This document shows, piece by piece, positions 1 to 12,205 of a stretch of 64,000 nt of DNA. A program made the position numbers and the translations under genes. How positions within the stretch are numbered: the stretch's first letter is position 1; each line of letters begins with the position of its first letter. The notes under the pieces were generated by a model, which was not told where the DNA came from, searched no databases, and saw only the letters and a program-made list of their open reading frames with translations. The DNA is from Camelus dromedarius (Eukaryota): the NCBI RefSeq assembly GCF_036321535.1, contig NC_087437.1, positions 46,192,001 to 46,256,000 on the forward strand, written 5' to 3'.

Positions 1-236
1 TCTCTGTCACAGCTCTTCAACTCCACCACTGTAGTGAAAGTGACGTACGAAGTACCAAGGAAACCAGTGGTCATGGGTGTTCCAATAAAGCTTTATTTAT
101 GGACCCTGGAAATTTGAATTTTATGTGTCACAAAATCTTCTTCTTTTGATTTTTTTCAACCATTTAAAAATGTAAAAACCATTTGTAGCTCAAGGGCTAT
201 ACCAAACAGGCAGTAGGCTGGATTTTGCCTATGGTC
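1..236 (+). mobile_element. MER58B-like hAT-Charlie non-autonomous DNA transposon (partial, runs off window start)
   Basis: GTTCCAATAAAGCTTTATTTATGGA...TTTTCAACCATTTAAAAATGTAAAAACCATT...AAACAGGCAGTAGGCTGGATTTTGCC resembles the 3' half of MER58B. Confidence 0.75.
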
Positions 237-2598
237 TATAGAAATAAGGAGAAAGAAATGGGGAAATGGTTTTCCCATGAAATGCACTGTGTGGTGTCCT
301 GTATAGACTCACATGAATGGGGTTTGGTATGTCAAAGGGCCTACAGGAATCTGGAATTAGTAGTTTTGGCATTTTTATCTGGAAACAGCCCCTAAAGGAT
401 GTTTGGTATATCAAGATTTTAGAACGTGATATTAGATGAAGTCCTTAAATCTCTAAATCCAATGTAAGTTTCTCCGAGCTTCCCGTCTCTGACTGGTGGA
501 AGACTCAACCTCTGATGGCCCTTTCTTTGGGATTGCACAAGAAGGTGAGTCTATTAGGGGCCCCTGGGGTAGAGGGAAGGGGATGGCCATCACTGGTCCA
601 TGGTGCTGCCCTCATCAGTCCTGTGCTTTCTGCTCGGTGCTGGTGTTGGCTGATCCCCTGGCTACACTGGGAGTTCAGGCAGATATGGTGCTCCCCACCA
701 ACTGCTCGGGGGTCGTACCACGTGCTGTGCTCTCAGTGTCCCCCTTCTACAGGCACACTGTGATGCGTGAAAGAAGGGCCATCTCTACACCGTGCATGAA
801 CTCCCCACCCACTAAACAACTCAGATCCAAAGAAAAAAGTCTTCCCATCCTAGGCTCCTCAACTGTCGTCTGTACAATGCTGGCTCTTGCTGCCACAGCC
901 TAATGAATTCTAAGCAATTTTCTCTATCTCCAAATCTCACCAACCCTTCTGTATGCAGGGCAGATCCCAGAGCAGTTTCTCTTCCTGAATGAAGTGTCCG
1001 TGATCTGATATATTTTGAAGTACGGTACTCTCCTCTTTGAGGGACTGGGGCTGGGATGGGAGGGGTTAGGAAAAGGAAATACTAGTATCAGTTAATTTCT
1101 TTCATAGTAACATGCCCATTTGCTTCCTCTGTACCAGTCCCTACAAGGAGATGCCCCAGCTGCTTCCTGGTTGACGTGACTCCATCCTTCTACGGAAGCT
1201 AGTTCTCTTGCTGAAGACACATTTAGGAAGGGATGAGTCCTGCAGAAACAGTGGCTGTCCATACACATTTGAGAAACTATATTGGAATTCTGAGTCCGCT
1301 CGAGTGGAATCTGTTTTTTCTTGCCCATGGTTCCAGAGTGCTGTTTGGATATGAAAAGGTAGTTTCAGACCAGATGTTGAGGGCCTTTCACTGAAGAGTC
1401 TGCACTGCATTTTCTAAGCAATGGAGAGCTTTGTGCAGGATATTGAAACAGGAGGATTTTTATATTGGGGAACTGACTCAGGCAGCATTGAGGAGGATGG
1501 TTTAGAGGAGGAGTCTCGAGGTGGGAGCCTGTTACTGGCAACTGCAACAATTTACACAATCCTGGTTCAGATTCTTTATGTACACACCTGCCTGTTTCTC
1601 TAAATTATGATCCCTTCAAAAATAAGGATTGTAAGGTTCAATTTTTATTCCCTCCTCCCTCAACCCCCAGAGTCTCAAATATATAAGTTTTCACATTTTT
1701 GACACTTAATACATATTGATTGAATTAGATTGGCCCCAAATAATTTCTTAAAGAAGAACATTGAAAGATAGAGAATCTCCATTTTCACAAGATTTTCACT
1801 GTGGTGTATTATTGGAGTGAAAGCAGGGCTCTTTATTTTGGTAGTAAAACTGATGACACCTTTAGGTAAATCTTTCTTCCCTTCCCCCTCCTATTAGCAC
1901 CCAGAAACTAATTCTCTACTGTTTTATAATATATATTCATGACAATGGAATATTAAATCCACATTCTCAAGTCATAAATATTATAAACCACATTTTTACA
2001 TGATATTGCATAGCCACTGTCTTTTGCAACAATTTGGCATGGAATTACAAGCAGTGTGCATTAAATTTCATATGCTCTTTAATTTTTTTATCTCTTCATT
2101 TGCATGCATATATTTCATAATCATTCATTCTGGTAATAAACCCCATAGGATTTTAAATTGAACTGAAGTCCCAGATGCTTTAAAAGAATTTATGTTGCAT
2201 AATTGTACTGGTTTGCCTGAAAACAAACAATAATGTATAACTTAAATATTCCGCCGAGGAGAGGAGTCAAACTCTGCCTCAAAATTCTCTGGCTTCTATT
2301 GAATTATGAGAAAAAGATTCCACAAACCAAAATGAATATAAAAATGATGGAGCAGAGGAAAGAGAGATAGTAGTGGCTTTCTGAAGATTCCACGTCTAGA
2401 CCCACATGCATATTTCAAGTGAAAGTATTTGTGAATTAGCTGTACAGCTTACTCCCCGGCCAGAATTGGGGAGTTAGTGTACTGACACAGATGTTTGTTG
2501 GAGGCAAAGGAGAATTATTCTTTCCCCAGTGGGAACACCTGAGTGGGCCAAGGTAGAAGAAATGTTTAGTACTTGGAGGAAAATCTCAGGGCTTAAAT

Positions 2599-3150
2599 TT
2601 GTTGTTTATTGCTGTGTAACAAATTACATCCAAACGTAGCACTTAAGAGAATTTTTTTTTTTTTTTTTTCTGTGGATGAGGAATCTGGGAGCAGTTTAGC
2701 TGGGTGGTTCTGGTTCTGGGTCTTTTCTGAAGTTGCATACAAGCTGTTTGCCAGGGCTGCAAATCTCATCTGAACCCTCGCCTGAAAAGGAGTCTCTTCT
2801 TAGCATGGTTGCTGATAGACTATTTCCTTATTGACTGTTGGCTGAAGACTTTACTTCCTTACCACATGAGACTTTCTGTAGGCTACCAGTGTGTCTTCAT
2901 GACATGGCAGCTGGCTTCACCTAGAGTGAGTGATCCAAGAGAAGGGGAGAGAGAGACAGAGAGAGAGAGAGCACTCAAGACAGAAGTAGCATTTTTAAAA
3001 TAACCTACTCTCAGAAGTGATGCTACATCACTTCTGTCATATGCTGTTGGTTATCCAGACCAATGAAGGTACAAGGAAAGAGAATATAACACAAGAATAT
3101 GATACTATCAGGTGAGGATCATTGGCAGCCGCTAAGGCGGCTGGACTTGG
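2599..3150 (-). mobile_element. MLT1 (ERVL-MaLR) solo LTR, F/G/H-type
   Basis: TATTGCTGTGTAACAAATT is the reverse complement of the MLT1 3' terminus; internal GGAATCTGGGAGCAGTTTAGCTGGGTGGTTCTGG, GGCAGCTGGCTTC and CATCACTTCTGTCATATGCTGTTGG blocks. Confidence 0.75.
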
Positions 3151-3439
3151 TAGGGGCAGTGACTCAGAACCACAAGCTGAAGATGGCTCTGAATCATGTG
3201 CTTATTTGATGAAGGCCAGAGAAGAAGATGGGAGAGGGCTGAGGCAATAGGAGTGCTCTCAGCTGCCCTCCCTTCTTCTTTTCTACCCAATGTCATATCT
3301 CTGCAGCTTTTTCTCTGAGCTGTTACTAAATAATTCATGGAGAGAGCACTATGTCTAGGAGTCAGGTGTCTTGTGATTTGGGTTTAGGTGTGGTTTGACC
3401 ACTAAAAATTTGGAGGCAGAAGGATGTATTTTTAAACAA

Positions 3440-3605
3440 GTATAGACTTTGGAGTTAATAAGTTTCACTCAAAGCCTGGTCTCAGCCCTTACTGGATATG
3501 TGATCTTTGGTAAACCGTCGGTGAGTCTTGTGAGGCTTAGTTTCCTTTTATAGGAAATGGGGATAACATTTTACCTTTTAGGATAGTTGAAAAGATTAAA
3601 TAAAT
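3440..3605 (+). mobile_element. MIR SINE remnant
   Basis: Degenerate MIR core TGTGATCTTTGGTAAA...CTTAGTTTCCTTTTATAGGAAATGGGGATAA...GATAGTTGAAAAGATTAAAT. Confidence 0.65.
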
Positions 3606-4734
3606 GTTACTCTCCTTCCCCCTTCCTTGTGTGACATTAAATTCTCACTTCGCCTCTCTAGATTGTGTCTCAATAGAAGAATGACAGAGACGAGGAATTT
3701 TACCCAGTGGAGTCACTGATGTGCTCTCTGTGGTTCTGAGCTCTCTGTGGTGCTTACCTCGTTATGCAGTCTGAGCAGGGGACCAGGCTGGGATTGGACA
3801 CAAGATCAAATCTAGATTATGGTGAAGATGTGGATGCAGGGTGAGGGGAAGTGGTGAAAGCTGCTCTTTTTCTCATGCATGGAGAAATATTTTTGCACAG
3901 TGCTTAAAGGGAACATAGAGGAGGAAGTATGACTGACGGTTTGGATATTGTTGGTGCTGCAGAAATAAGGAAGAGAAAACTCTGGCAAATAAAAACCAAA
4001 ATCCAAACAAACGAAAAACCTTGGGCAAAAAACAACAGTAAATCACTCTTGTGAGAATGCATGAATGTTAGTCCATGTTTTCAATTCTAGACAATGTTCT
4101 TTCAGACAAGGAACAGATATTCACCAGTTCAAGTACAAAAAGGGAGATGGCGGAAGAAGGGGTTAAATAAGGAACTCATAGAATCCAGCTGGAGTTGGGA
4201 GTTGGAAATAAAAAAATGAAGCTACTTTCACGATTTCTGAGGAGTTTGTTTCAGTCTGTAAGCCCTCTCTGATGTTTTTCTTGCCCAGCTTGCCCCGCTC
4301 ACACACTGGATGTGCCTCTACACAATGACTTCATTGACCCCAACTTTGGATCCTGGCCTCTCAGGCCCAGTGCTCATCACAGACCGTCTTTATGTCCTGT
4401 TAGCACAGATTTAGAGAGAGGGGATCTTGTCTGTAATTGGTTAGGAAATGAATTGGCTGGCCTCGGGGCAGATGTCAATCCTAAACCTGCCTGCATGGCA
4501 GTTTTCTAGAAGGGACCGTGAGAGAGACAGTCAATGAAATTGCAGTACATCATTTCTCCCTGTAATAAATGGTCTGCTATTCCACTGTACTGTAAAGAGT
4601 GGTTAACCTACCTCTTTGCATTTAGGAGATTGTGGGGGTGGAAGAGTTTGACAAGTTTGATGTAGAAGAGCAGCTACTAGACTCTTTCCCCTCAGGAGCA
4701 ACAAACCTGGGGATGGAAAAAGAAAGCTCCTCTT

Positions 4735-6422
4735 GGAGAGACGGAGAAGATGGCGGAGTAGAAGGACGCTCGCAGGTCACCCTCTCCCACAAATACACCA
4801 AGACCCACATCTACAGACCCACTCAGCCAACCAGAGCACCTGCGGGACTCCGACAGAACATCGCCCTCTTCAAAAGATAAAGACGCCAAAAATCTGGTAG
4901 GAGAAAAGGAAAAAAGAAAGAACAAAAGGCAAAGCAGCGCGGGACGGGTCCCGCAGGGAGGGAGCAGCAAAGGAGGACTGGCGCTCGCTCGCTGGGTCTC
5001 CCCTCTCCAACTGAGAGGCCAGCGGGACGGAGGGGGAGCCTCCGAGGCTCGGATCTGTACAGAGCAGCCCTTCACTAACAGAACTAAGTTAAACGGGCAC
5101 AGAGCGTCCCCCCCGACACCCAGCCTGAGACGCGGGCCGGCAGTGGCAGGCAGGGCCAGGCTGCACAAGCCGGGCAGAGGACGGAAGTGGCTGCACAGAG
5201 GCAGCCCCAGGGGAACGCAAGGGGCTGCGCGCTGTGACTGTGGGTGCACAGGGCAGAACAACCTGGGCCCTCCATAAAACAGCAAGGTTGATGTGCTCTC
5301 GGGGGAAGGGTGCACACCCCCATCTCTGAAAACCCGCGGAAAGTTTTCGGGGGAAGAGAGGCGGGGCTCAGGCACAGCCGCCATATCCTCCGCGCTGAGC
5401 ACTCAGGCGGGGGCGCGGGCGAAACCTGCATCCGCACCGAAGGGCTTAGCAGCCTCAAAGGCCAGACTGAGACTGGCCTGCAGCCCGGGGCAGATAGGAT
5501 CCTTCCATCCTGGTCCCTCAGAGAACTTGCTCCACAAAGACAAACAAGGAGCTGGGTTTTGGCTCGGAGCAGGGACAGGGCTGTCCCTCGGTCTTCCCCG
5601 AGCCCACCTGCGGAGCGCCGACCAGGGCGGAGCGCGCAGCCGCACAGAGCAGCGGAGCTACCGGCGGCCGCGCAGGTAGAGCGAGAGTGGCCCCCCGCCT
5701 TTCGGGCAGGAACACAGCCCCTGACCGAGGTGCTGGGAGGGGGCACGACCCGCCCTCCTACCCGGCCAGTCTGCAACATCTGACTGCGGCATCCAGAGGG
5801 GCAGCGACCCGCCCGCACACAGCAGAGAGCTGCACCTGACCCAGTGTTAGGAGGAGGCGCGATCTGCTTGCCGACAGGTGCTGGGAGCAGCACAGAAGAG
5901 GGCGCCAACGGAGGGCCTCTGAAAACAGCAAGCTGAGCTTCCAAAACAGGACGAAGACAGAAAGACTTCACAGTAAAAGCACACAGACTCCAGGAGAACA
6001 CTGACAAATCCCCCCCCCCCTTTTTTTTTAAATCTGTTTTTACCTGTTCTATTTTCTATTACTCTCTTAATCTTTACTTCTTAATTCATTTCTATTTCTC
6101 TTGGGTTTTGATGTCCTGCTATTGATTAGACACAGGTTTCAAATACATCTATTCATCTCCCCCCCCCCCCCTTTTTTGGTAAAGGTTTCAAAAGGATGTC
6201 TCAACCCGATTAATACTCTGCTTCAACTCACTCTTCTATTATTCATTATACACTGTTTTCAAACCCTCTTTCTCCCTTCTTTTAAACTTCTTTCTCTCTC
6301 TCTCTCTCTTATTTTTTTTCTTTTTTTCCTAAGTTCTATTCCTAAATAGGCATCAGATAGATAAAATCCTTAAGGACCAAAATAAACAACTGATACTCCA
6401 TAAACCACAGTGCCAAAGAGGT
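4735..6422 (+). promoter_or_regulatory. L1 5'UTR internal Pol II promoter / CpG island with YY1 site
   Basis: YY1 motif AAGATGGCGG at 4747-4756 (+13 from the element start, the same position as in human L1); dense CpG about 4930-5960; pyrimidine-rich tract 6010-6340 before ORF1. Confidence 0.85.
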
Positions 6423-7326
6423 ATGAGCAAGATGAAGAAGCAGAAAAACCTTTCCCAATTAAAAGAACAAGAGAAATCCCCTGAAAGAAAGATCAACGAA
6501 ATAGACATCGATAGCCTACTAGATCAAGATTTCAAAAAAGGAGTGATCGAATTGCTGAAGGAATTAAAAGAGACAGTGTTTAGAGATATAAAATATGTCA
6601 AAAATGAAATTGAAGCTATAAAGAAGAGCCAAGTAGAATGGGTAAACTCATTGACAGAGATGAGGAATGATCTAATAGCTGTGCAAAGCCGACTAGATAA
6701 TGCAGAGGAACGAATTAGTGATCTAGAAGACAGGGCAATAGAAAGCACCCATTCAGAAGAACTACAAGAGAAGCAAATAAAAAATAATGAAAATAGCATA
6801 AGGGACCTATGGGATAATATACAGCGTCCCAATCTTCACATAATAGGGGTCCCAGAAGGAGAAGAAAGATCAAAGGGGATTGAAAAGGTTTTTGAAGAAA
6901 TCATGACTGAAAACTTCCCAAACTTAAAGAAGGAATCAGATATCCAAGTACAGGAAGCTCAGAGGGTCCCAAACAGGAAGAAGCCAAATAGACCCACACC
7001 AAGACATATCATAATCAAGATGGCCAGAGTCAAGGATAAAGAAATGATTCTAAAGGCAGCAAGAGAAAAGCAAAGAGTAAGTTACAAGGGAACCCCCATA
7101 AGGCTCTCAGCTGATTTCTCTACACAAACACTACAGGCCAGAAGGGAGTGGCAAGATATATTCAAAGCCCTGAATGAAAAAAAGATGCAGCCTAGGATCC
7201 TTTATCCAGCAAGGCTATCCTTGAGGATAGAAGGAGAAATAAAGAGTTTCACAGACAAAAAAAAGGCTGCAGGAGTTTAGCAACACTAAACCCATGCTAA
7301 AAGAAATATTGAAAGGGCTATTCTAA
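6423..7326 (+). pseudogene. ORF1: L1 ORF1p (coiled-coil, RRM, CTD RNA-binding chaperone), +1 frameshift near C-terminus
   Basis: Motifs LWDNIQRPNLHIIGVPEGEE, QEAQRVP, TPRHIIIK, KGTPIRLSADFS, ARREW, YPARLS. One extra base at the A8GG run (about 7257-7266) shifts frame; the shifted tail reads LQEFSNTKPMLKEILKGLF to TAA 7324-7326, giving 300 aa if repaired. Confidence 0.95.
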
Positions 7327-7730
7327 ATAGAAAAGCAGCAGGATGCTACAGAAATGAGAAACGCACAACTGGAAAGGTGATAACTCATGAATTACAAATA
7401 AAGTAAACATGAAATTATAGAAGAAGACATACAAATCACTGAGAGTGGGAGAGGGAGGCAGGGAAATACAGAATATTTTTTTCTTTCTTTTTTAAATTTT
7501 TTTAACAGTAGGATGGGTTTGAGATCATGTTACTATCAGTTTAATAAAAACAGTTATAGTAATGGGTTGACAGATTTACAAAAAAGGGTAACCACAAGCC
7601 AAAAATTTACAAAGGAGTCACAAAAAGTAAATAAAATCCATGATAATACAAAGGAAAATTACCAAACCACAAAAGGAAGAAGAAAGGAACAAAGAGGATA
7701 TACCAATTCAACTGCAAAGATAAGTTCAAA

Positions 7731-10700
7731 ATGGCAATAAACACACATCTATCATTAATTACTGTAAATGTTAATGGACTAAATGCTCCAGTCAAAAGAC
7801 ACAGAGTGGCAGACTGGATAATAAAGCAAGAACCTTCAATATGCTGCATACAAGAGACCCACTTTAGGGAGAAGGACACATATAGATTGAGAGTGAAAGG
7901 ATGGAAAAGGATATTCCATGCAAATGGAAAAGCCAAAAAAGCAGGTGTTGCAGTACTGATTTCAGACAAAACAGACTTTAAAACAAAGGCCATAAAGAAA
8001 GATAAAGAAGGACATTTTATAATGATTCAAGGAGTGATACAAGATGAGGATATTACACTCGTTAATATATATGCACCCAATATAGGAGCACCTAAGTACA
8101 TACAAGAATTACTAACAGAGATAAAGGGGGATATTGATGGGAATACAATCATAGTTGGAGATTTTAACACTGCATGAACATCACTAGACAGATCTTCCAG
8201 ACAGAAAATAAACAAGGCAACAGAGAAATTAAATACTACAATAGAAAAACTAGATTTGGTGGATATTTTCAGAGCATTACACCCCCCAAAAATAGGATAT
8301 ACATTCTTTTCAAGTGCACATGGAACATTTTCCAGGATCGATCATGTACTTGGGCACAAAAGAAACCTCAACAATTTTAAGAAGATAGAAATTATCTCAA
8401 GCATCTTTACTGACCACAATGCCATGAAACTGGAAATCAACAACAGAGAAACAAAGGAGAAAAAAAGGAAAGCATGGAGATTAAGCAATATGTTATTGAA
8501 AAAACAATGGATCAATGAGGAAATCAAAGCTGAAATTAAAAAATACCTTGAGACAAATGATAATGAAAGCACAACCACTCAAAACCTACGGGACACAGCA
8601 AAGGCAGTGCTAAGAGGGAAGTTTATAGCGATACAGGCCTTCCTCAAAAAAGAAGAACAATCTCAAATAAACAATTTAACCCACCACCTGAATGAATTAG
8701 AAAAAGAAGAACAAAAAGCCCCAGAAAGCAGCAGAAGGAAGGAAATAATAAAGATCAGAGAGGAATTAAATACAATAGAGATTAACAAGACCATAGAAAA
8801 AAATCAACCAAACCAAAAGCTGGTTTTTTGAAAAAGTAAATAAAATCGACAAACCTCTGGCCAAACTCACAAAGAAGAAAAAAGAGAGAGCACAAATTAG
8901 CAAAATAAGAAAGGAAAATGGAGAAATTACAACAAACAAAATAGAAATACAGAATATCATACGAGAATATTATGAAAAACTATATGGAACCAAACTGGAT
9001 AACCTAGAGGAGATGGACAAGTTTCTGGAAACATACTGTCCACCAAAACTGAATCAAGAAGAATCTGAACACTTGAACAATCCGATCACTAGAAAGGAAA
9101 TAGAAATAGCAATTAAAACCCTCCCTACAAATAAAAGTCCAGGACCGGACGGCTTCACCGGGGAATTCTACCAAACATACAAAGAAGAACTCATACCAGT
9201 CCTTCTCAAACTCTTCCAGACGATTGAAAAGGAGGGAATACTCCCAAACTCATTCTATGAAGCCACCATCACCCTGATACCAAAACCAGGCAAAGACACT
9301 ACAAAAAAAGAGAATTATAGGCCAATATCACTGATGAACATAGACGCCAAAATCCTCACCAAAATTTTAGCAAATAGAATCCAACAACACATAAAAAAGA
9401 TTATACATCATGACCAAGTGGGGTTCATCCCAGGGATACAAGGCTGGTTCAACATACGCAAATCAATCAGTGTAATACATCACATCAACAAGAGAAAGGA
9501 CAAAAACCACATGATCATCTCAATCGATGCAGAAAAAGCATTTGATAAAATTCAACACCCATTTATGATAAAAACTCTCGCCAAAGTGGGTATAGAGGGA
9601 ACATATCTCAACATAATAAAAGCTATATATGACAAACCTACAGCCAGCATAGTACTCAACGGTGAAAAACTCAAAAGCGTCCCACTAAAATCTGGGACAA
9701 GACAAGGATGCCCACTATCACCACTCCTATTCAACATAGTCCTGGAAGTCCTAGCCACAGCAGTCAGGCAAGAGAAAGAAATAAAAGGGATCCAAATTGG
9801 AAAAGAAGAGGTAAAAGTGTCATATCCTGATGACATGTTACTATATATAGAAAACCCTAAAAGGTCCACACAAAAGCTATTACAGCTGATTGAAGAATTC
9901 AGCAAGGTAGCAGGTTACAAAATTAACGTTCAAAAATCAGTTGCATTTCTTTACACTAACGATAAATCAACAGAAGAAGAAAGTAAAGAAACAATCCCCT
10001 TTAAAACAGCACCCAAAGTAATAAAATATCTGGGAATAAATCTAACCAAGGAGGTGAAAGAATTATACACAGAAAACTATAAACCATTGATGAAGGAAAT
10101 TAAAGAAGACTTTAAAAAGTGGAAAGATATTCCATGCTCTTGGATTGGAAGAATCAATATTGTTAAAATGGTCACACTGCCCAAGGCAATCTACAGATTT
10201 AATGCAATCCCTATCCAATACCCAGGACATATTTCACAGAACTAGAACAAATCATAATAAAATTCATATGGAACCATCAAAGACCTAGAATTGCCAAAGC
10301 ATTACTGAAGAGAAAGAAAGAGGCTGGAGGAATAACTCTCCCAGACTTCAGACAATACTATAGAGCTACAGTCATCAAGACAGCATGGTATTGGTACCAA
10401 AACAGACATATAGACCGATGGAACAGAATAGAGAGCCCAGAAATGAACCCACAAACTTTTGGTCAACTCATCTTTGACAAAGGAGGCAAGAATATACATT
10501 GGAATAAAGACAGTCTCTTCAGCAAATGGTGTTGGGAAAACTGGACAGCAGCATGTAAAACAATGAAGCTAGAACACTCCCTTACACCATATACAAAAAT
10601 CAACTCAAAATGGATTAAAGACTTAAACATAAGACAAGATACAATAAACCTCCTAGAGGAAAACATAGGCAAAACATTATCTGACATACATTTCAAAAAT

Positions 10701-11522
10701 TTTCTCCTAGAAGAAATAAAAGCAAGAATAAACAAATGGGACCTAATAAAACTTACAAGCTTCTGCACAGCAAAGGAAACCAGAAGTAAAACAAGAAGAA
10801 AACCTACGGAATGGGAGAAAATGTTTGCAAGTGAAACTGACAAAGGCTTGATCTCCAGAATATATAAGCAGCTCATACGACTCAATAAGAAAAAAATAAA
10901 CAACCCAATCCAAAAATGGGCAGAAGACCTAAACAAGCAATTCTCCAAGGAAGACATACAAATGATCAAAAAGCACATGAAAAAATGCTCAATATCACTA
11001 ATTATCAGAGAAATGCAAATCAAAACTACAGTGAGATATCACCTCACACCAGTCAGAATGGCCATCATTCAAATGTCCACAAATGATGAATGCTGGAGAG
11101 GGTGTGGAGAAAAGGGAACCCTTCTACACAGTTGGTGGGAATGTAGTTTGGTGCAGTCACTATGGAAAACAGTATGGAGATTCCTTAAAAAGCTAAAGAT
11201 AGATTTAGCATATGATCCAGCAATCCCACTCCTGGGCATATATCTGGAAGGAACTCTAATTCAAAAAGATACATGCACTCTAATGTTCATAATAGCACTA
11301 TTTACAATAGCCAAGACATGGAAGCAACCTAAATGTCCATTGACAGATGACTGGATAAAAGGAGTGTGGTATATTTATATAATAGAATACTACTAAGCCA
11401 TAAAAAACAATAAAATAATGCCATTTGCAGCAACATGGTTGGATCTAGAGATTGTCATTCTAAGTGAAGTAAGCCAGAAAGAGAAAGAAAAGTACCATAT
11501 ATCACTAATATGTGGAATCTAA
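7731..11522 (+). pseudogene. ORF2: L1 ORF2p (APE endonuclease, reverse transcriptase, CCHC domain), disrupted
   Basis: EN motifs NVNGLN, CCIQETH, NIYAPN, GDFNT, SRIDH, TDH; RT motifs [46 protein letters not shown]-x7-H-x4-C. Lesions: TGA 8175-8177, +1 in A7 run 8797-8803, codon loss and YADD-to-YPDD at about 9823, -1 at about 10219, TAA 11394-11396; natural stop TAA 11520-11522. Confidence 0.96.
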
Positions 11523-12146
11523 AAAAGTAATACAAATGAATTTATTTACAAAGCAGAAACAGACTCACAGACATAGAAAAAAACTTATGGTTACCTGAGG
11601 GGAAGGGGGGAGGTGGAGGGATAAATTGGCAGTTTGGGATTTGCAGATGCTAACTACTATATATAAAACAGATAAACAGCAAGGTCTTACTGTACAGCAT
11701 AGGGAACTATATGCAATACTTTGTAATGACCTATAATAAAAAAGGATACGAAAAGGAATATATATATATATATAACTGAATTACTATGCTCTACACTGGA
11801 AACTAACACAGCATTGTAAATTGGCCATACTTCAATAAAAAATTTCAAAACATCATTTCATGGAAGAAAATATATTGCCACTCCAAAGGAATACACAGGA
11901 CATACTCTCAGACTGCAGGAGAGTCCTTTAAATGGGGTACCTTTGGCCTTATGAATCAGCTATATTGTCCTTCTTTAATTCCTCTCACTGTGTGCGAGCT
12001 CTTGACAATTTCATTGCGGTTAATGGGTTGGTATTCATCAGCTGATTTGTGTTTGGGACCTGTGGCTATAGCTTAACAGGAACATTAGGCCATAGAAGGT
12101 TAGGGCAAGTCATCTAGTGACAGGATGAGAAAACAGTATTATTTGA

Positions 12147-12205
12147 GCATTCATTCATTCATTCATTCACTGAACAGATATTTGGTGAGCAGCACTGTGT
12201 GGTTC
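12147..12205 (-). repeat. (TTCA)n tail of an L2 LINE 3' end
   Basis: CATTCATTCATTCATTCATTCACTGAACAGATATTTGGTGAGCAGCACTGTGTG matches the reverse-oriented L2 terminus pattern. Confidence 0.65.

Larger units (their letters stand above)
4735..11842 (+). mobile_element. Full-length LINE-1 retrotransposon, inactivated, probably chimeric
   Basis: Starts GGAGAGACGGAGAAGATGGCGG; CpG-rich 5'UTR; ORF1; ORF2 with EN, RT and CCHC regions; G-rich 3'UTR tract (about 11597-11620); ends TACTTCAATAAAAAA. Confidence 0.97.

Noticed and set aside
541..550. Consensus splice donors AAG|GTGAGT (about 545) and CAG|GTGAGT (about 27813)
   Set aside because: I found no convincing paired acceptor or recognisable reading frame; isolated donors are expected by chance.
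5293..5783. Sense ORFs of 128 and 157 aa in the L1 5'UTR
   Set aside because: Both start at GTG in GC-rich sequence; the nearby true ATG (5291) opens only 12 codons.
6524..11023. Several hydrophobic minus-strand ORFs inside L1 ORF1/ORF2
   Set aside because: These are antisense shadows of the A-rich L1 coding strand, common to L1 elements.
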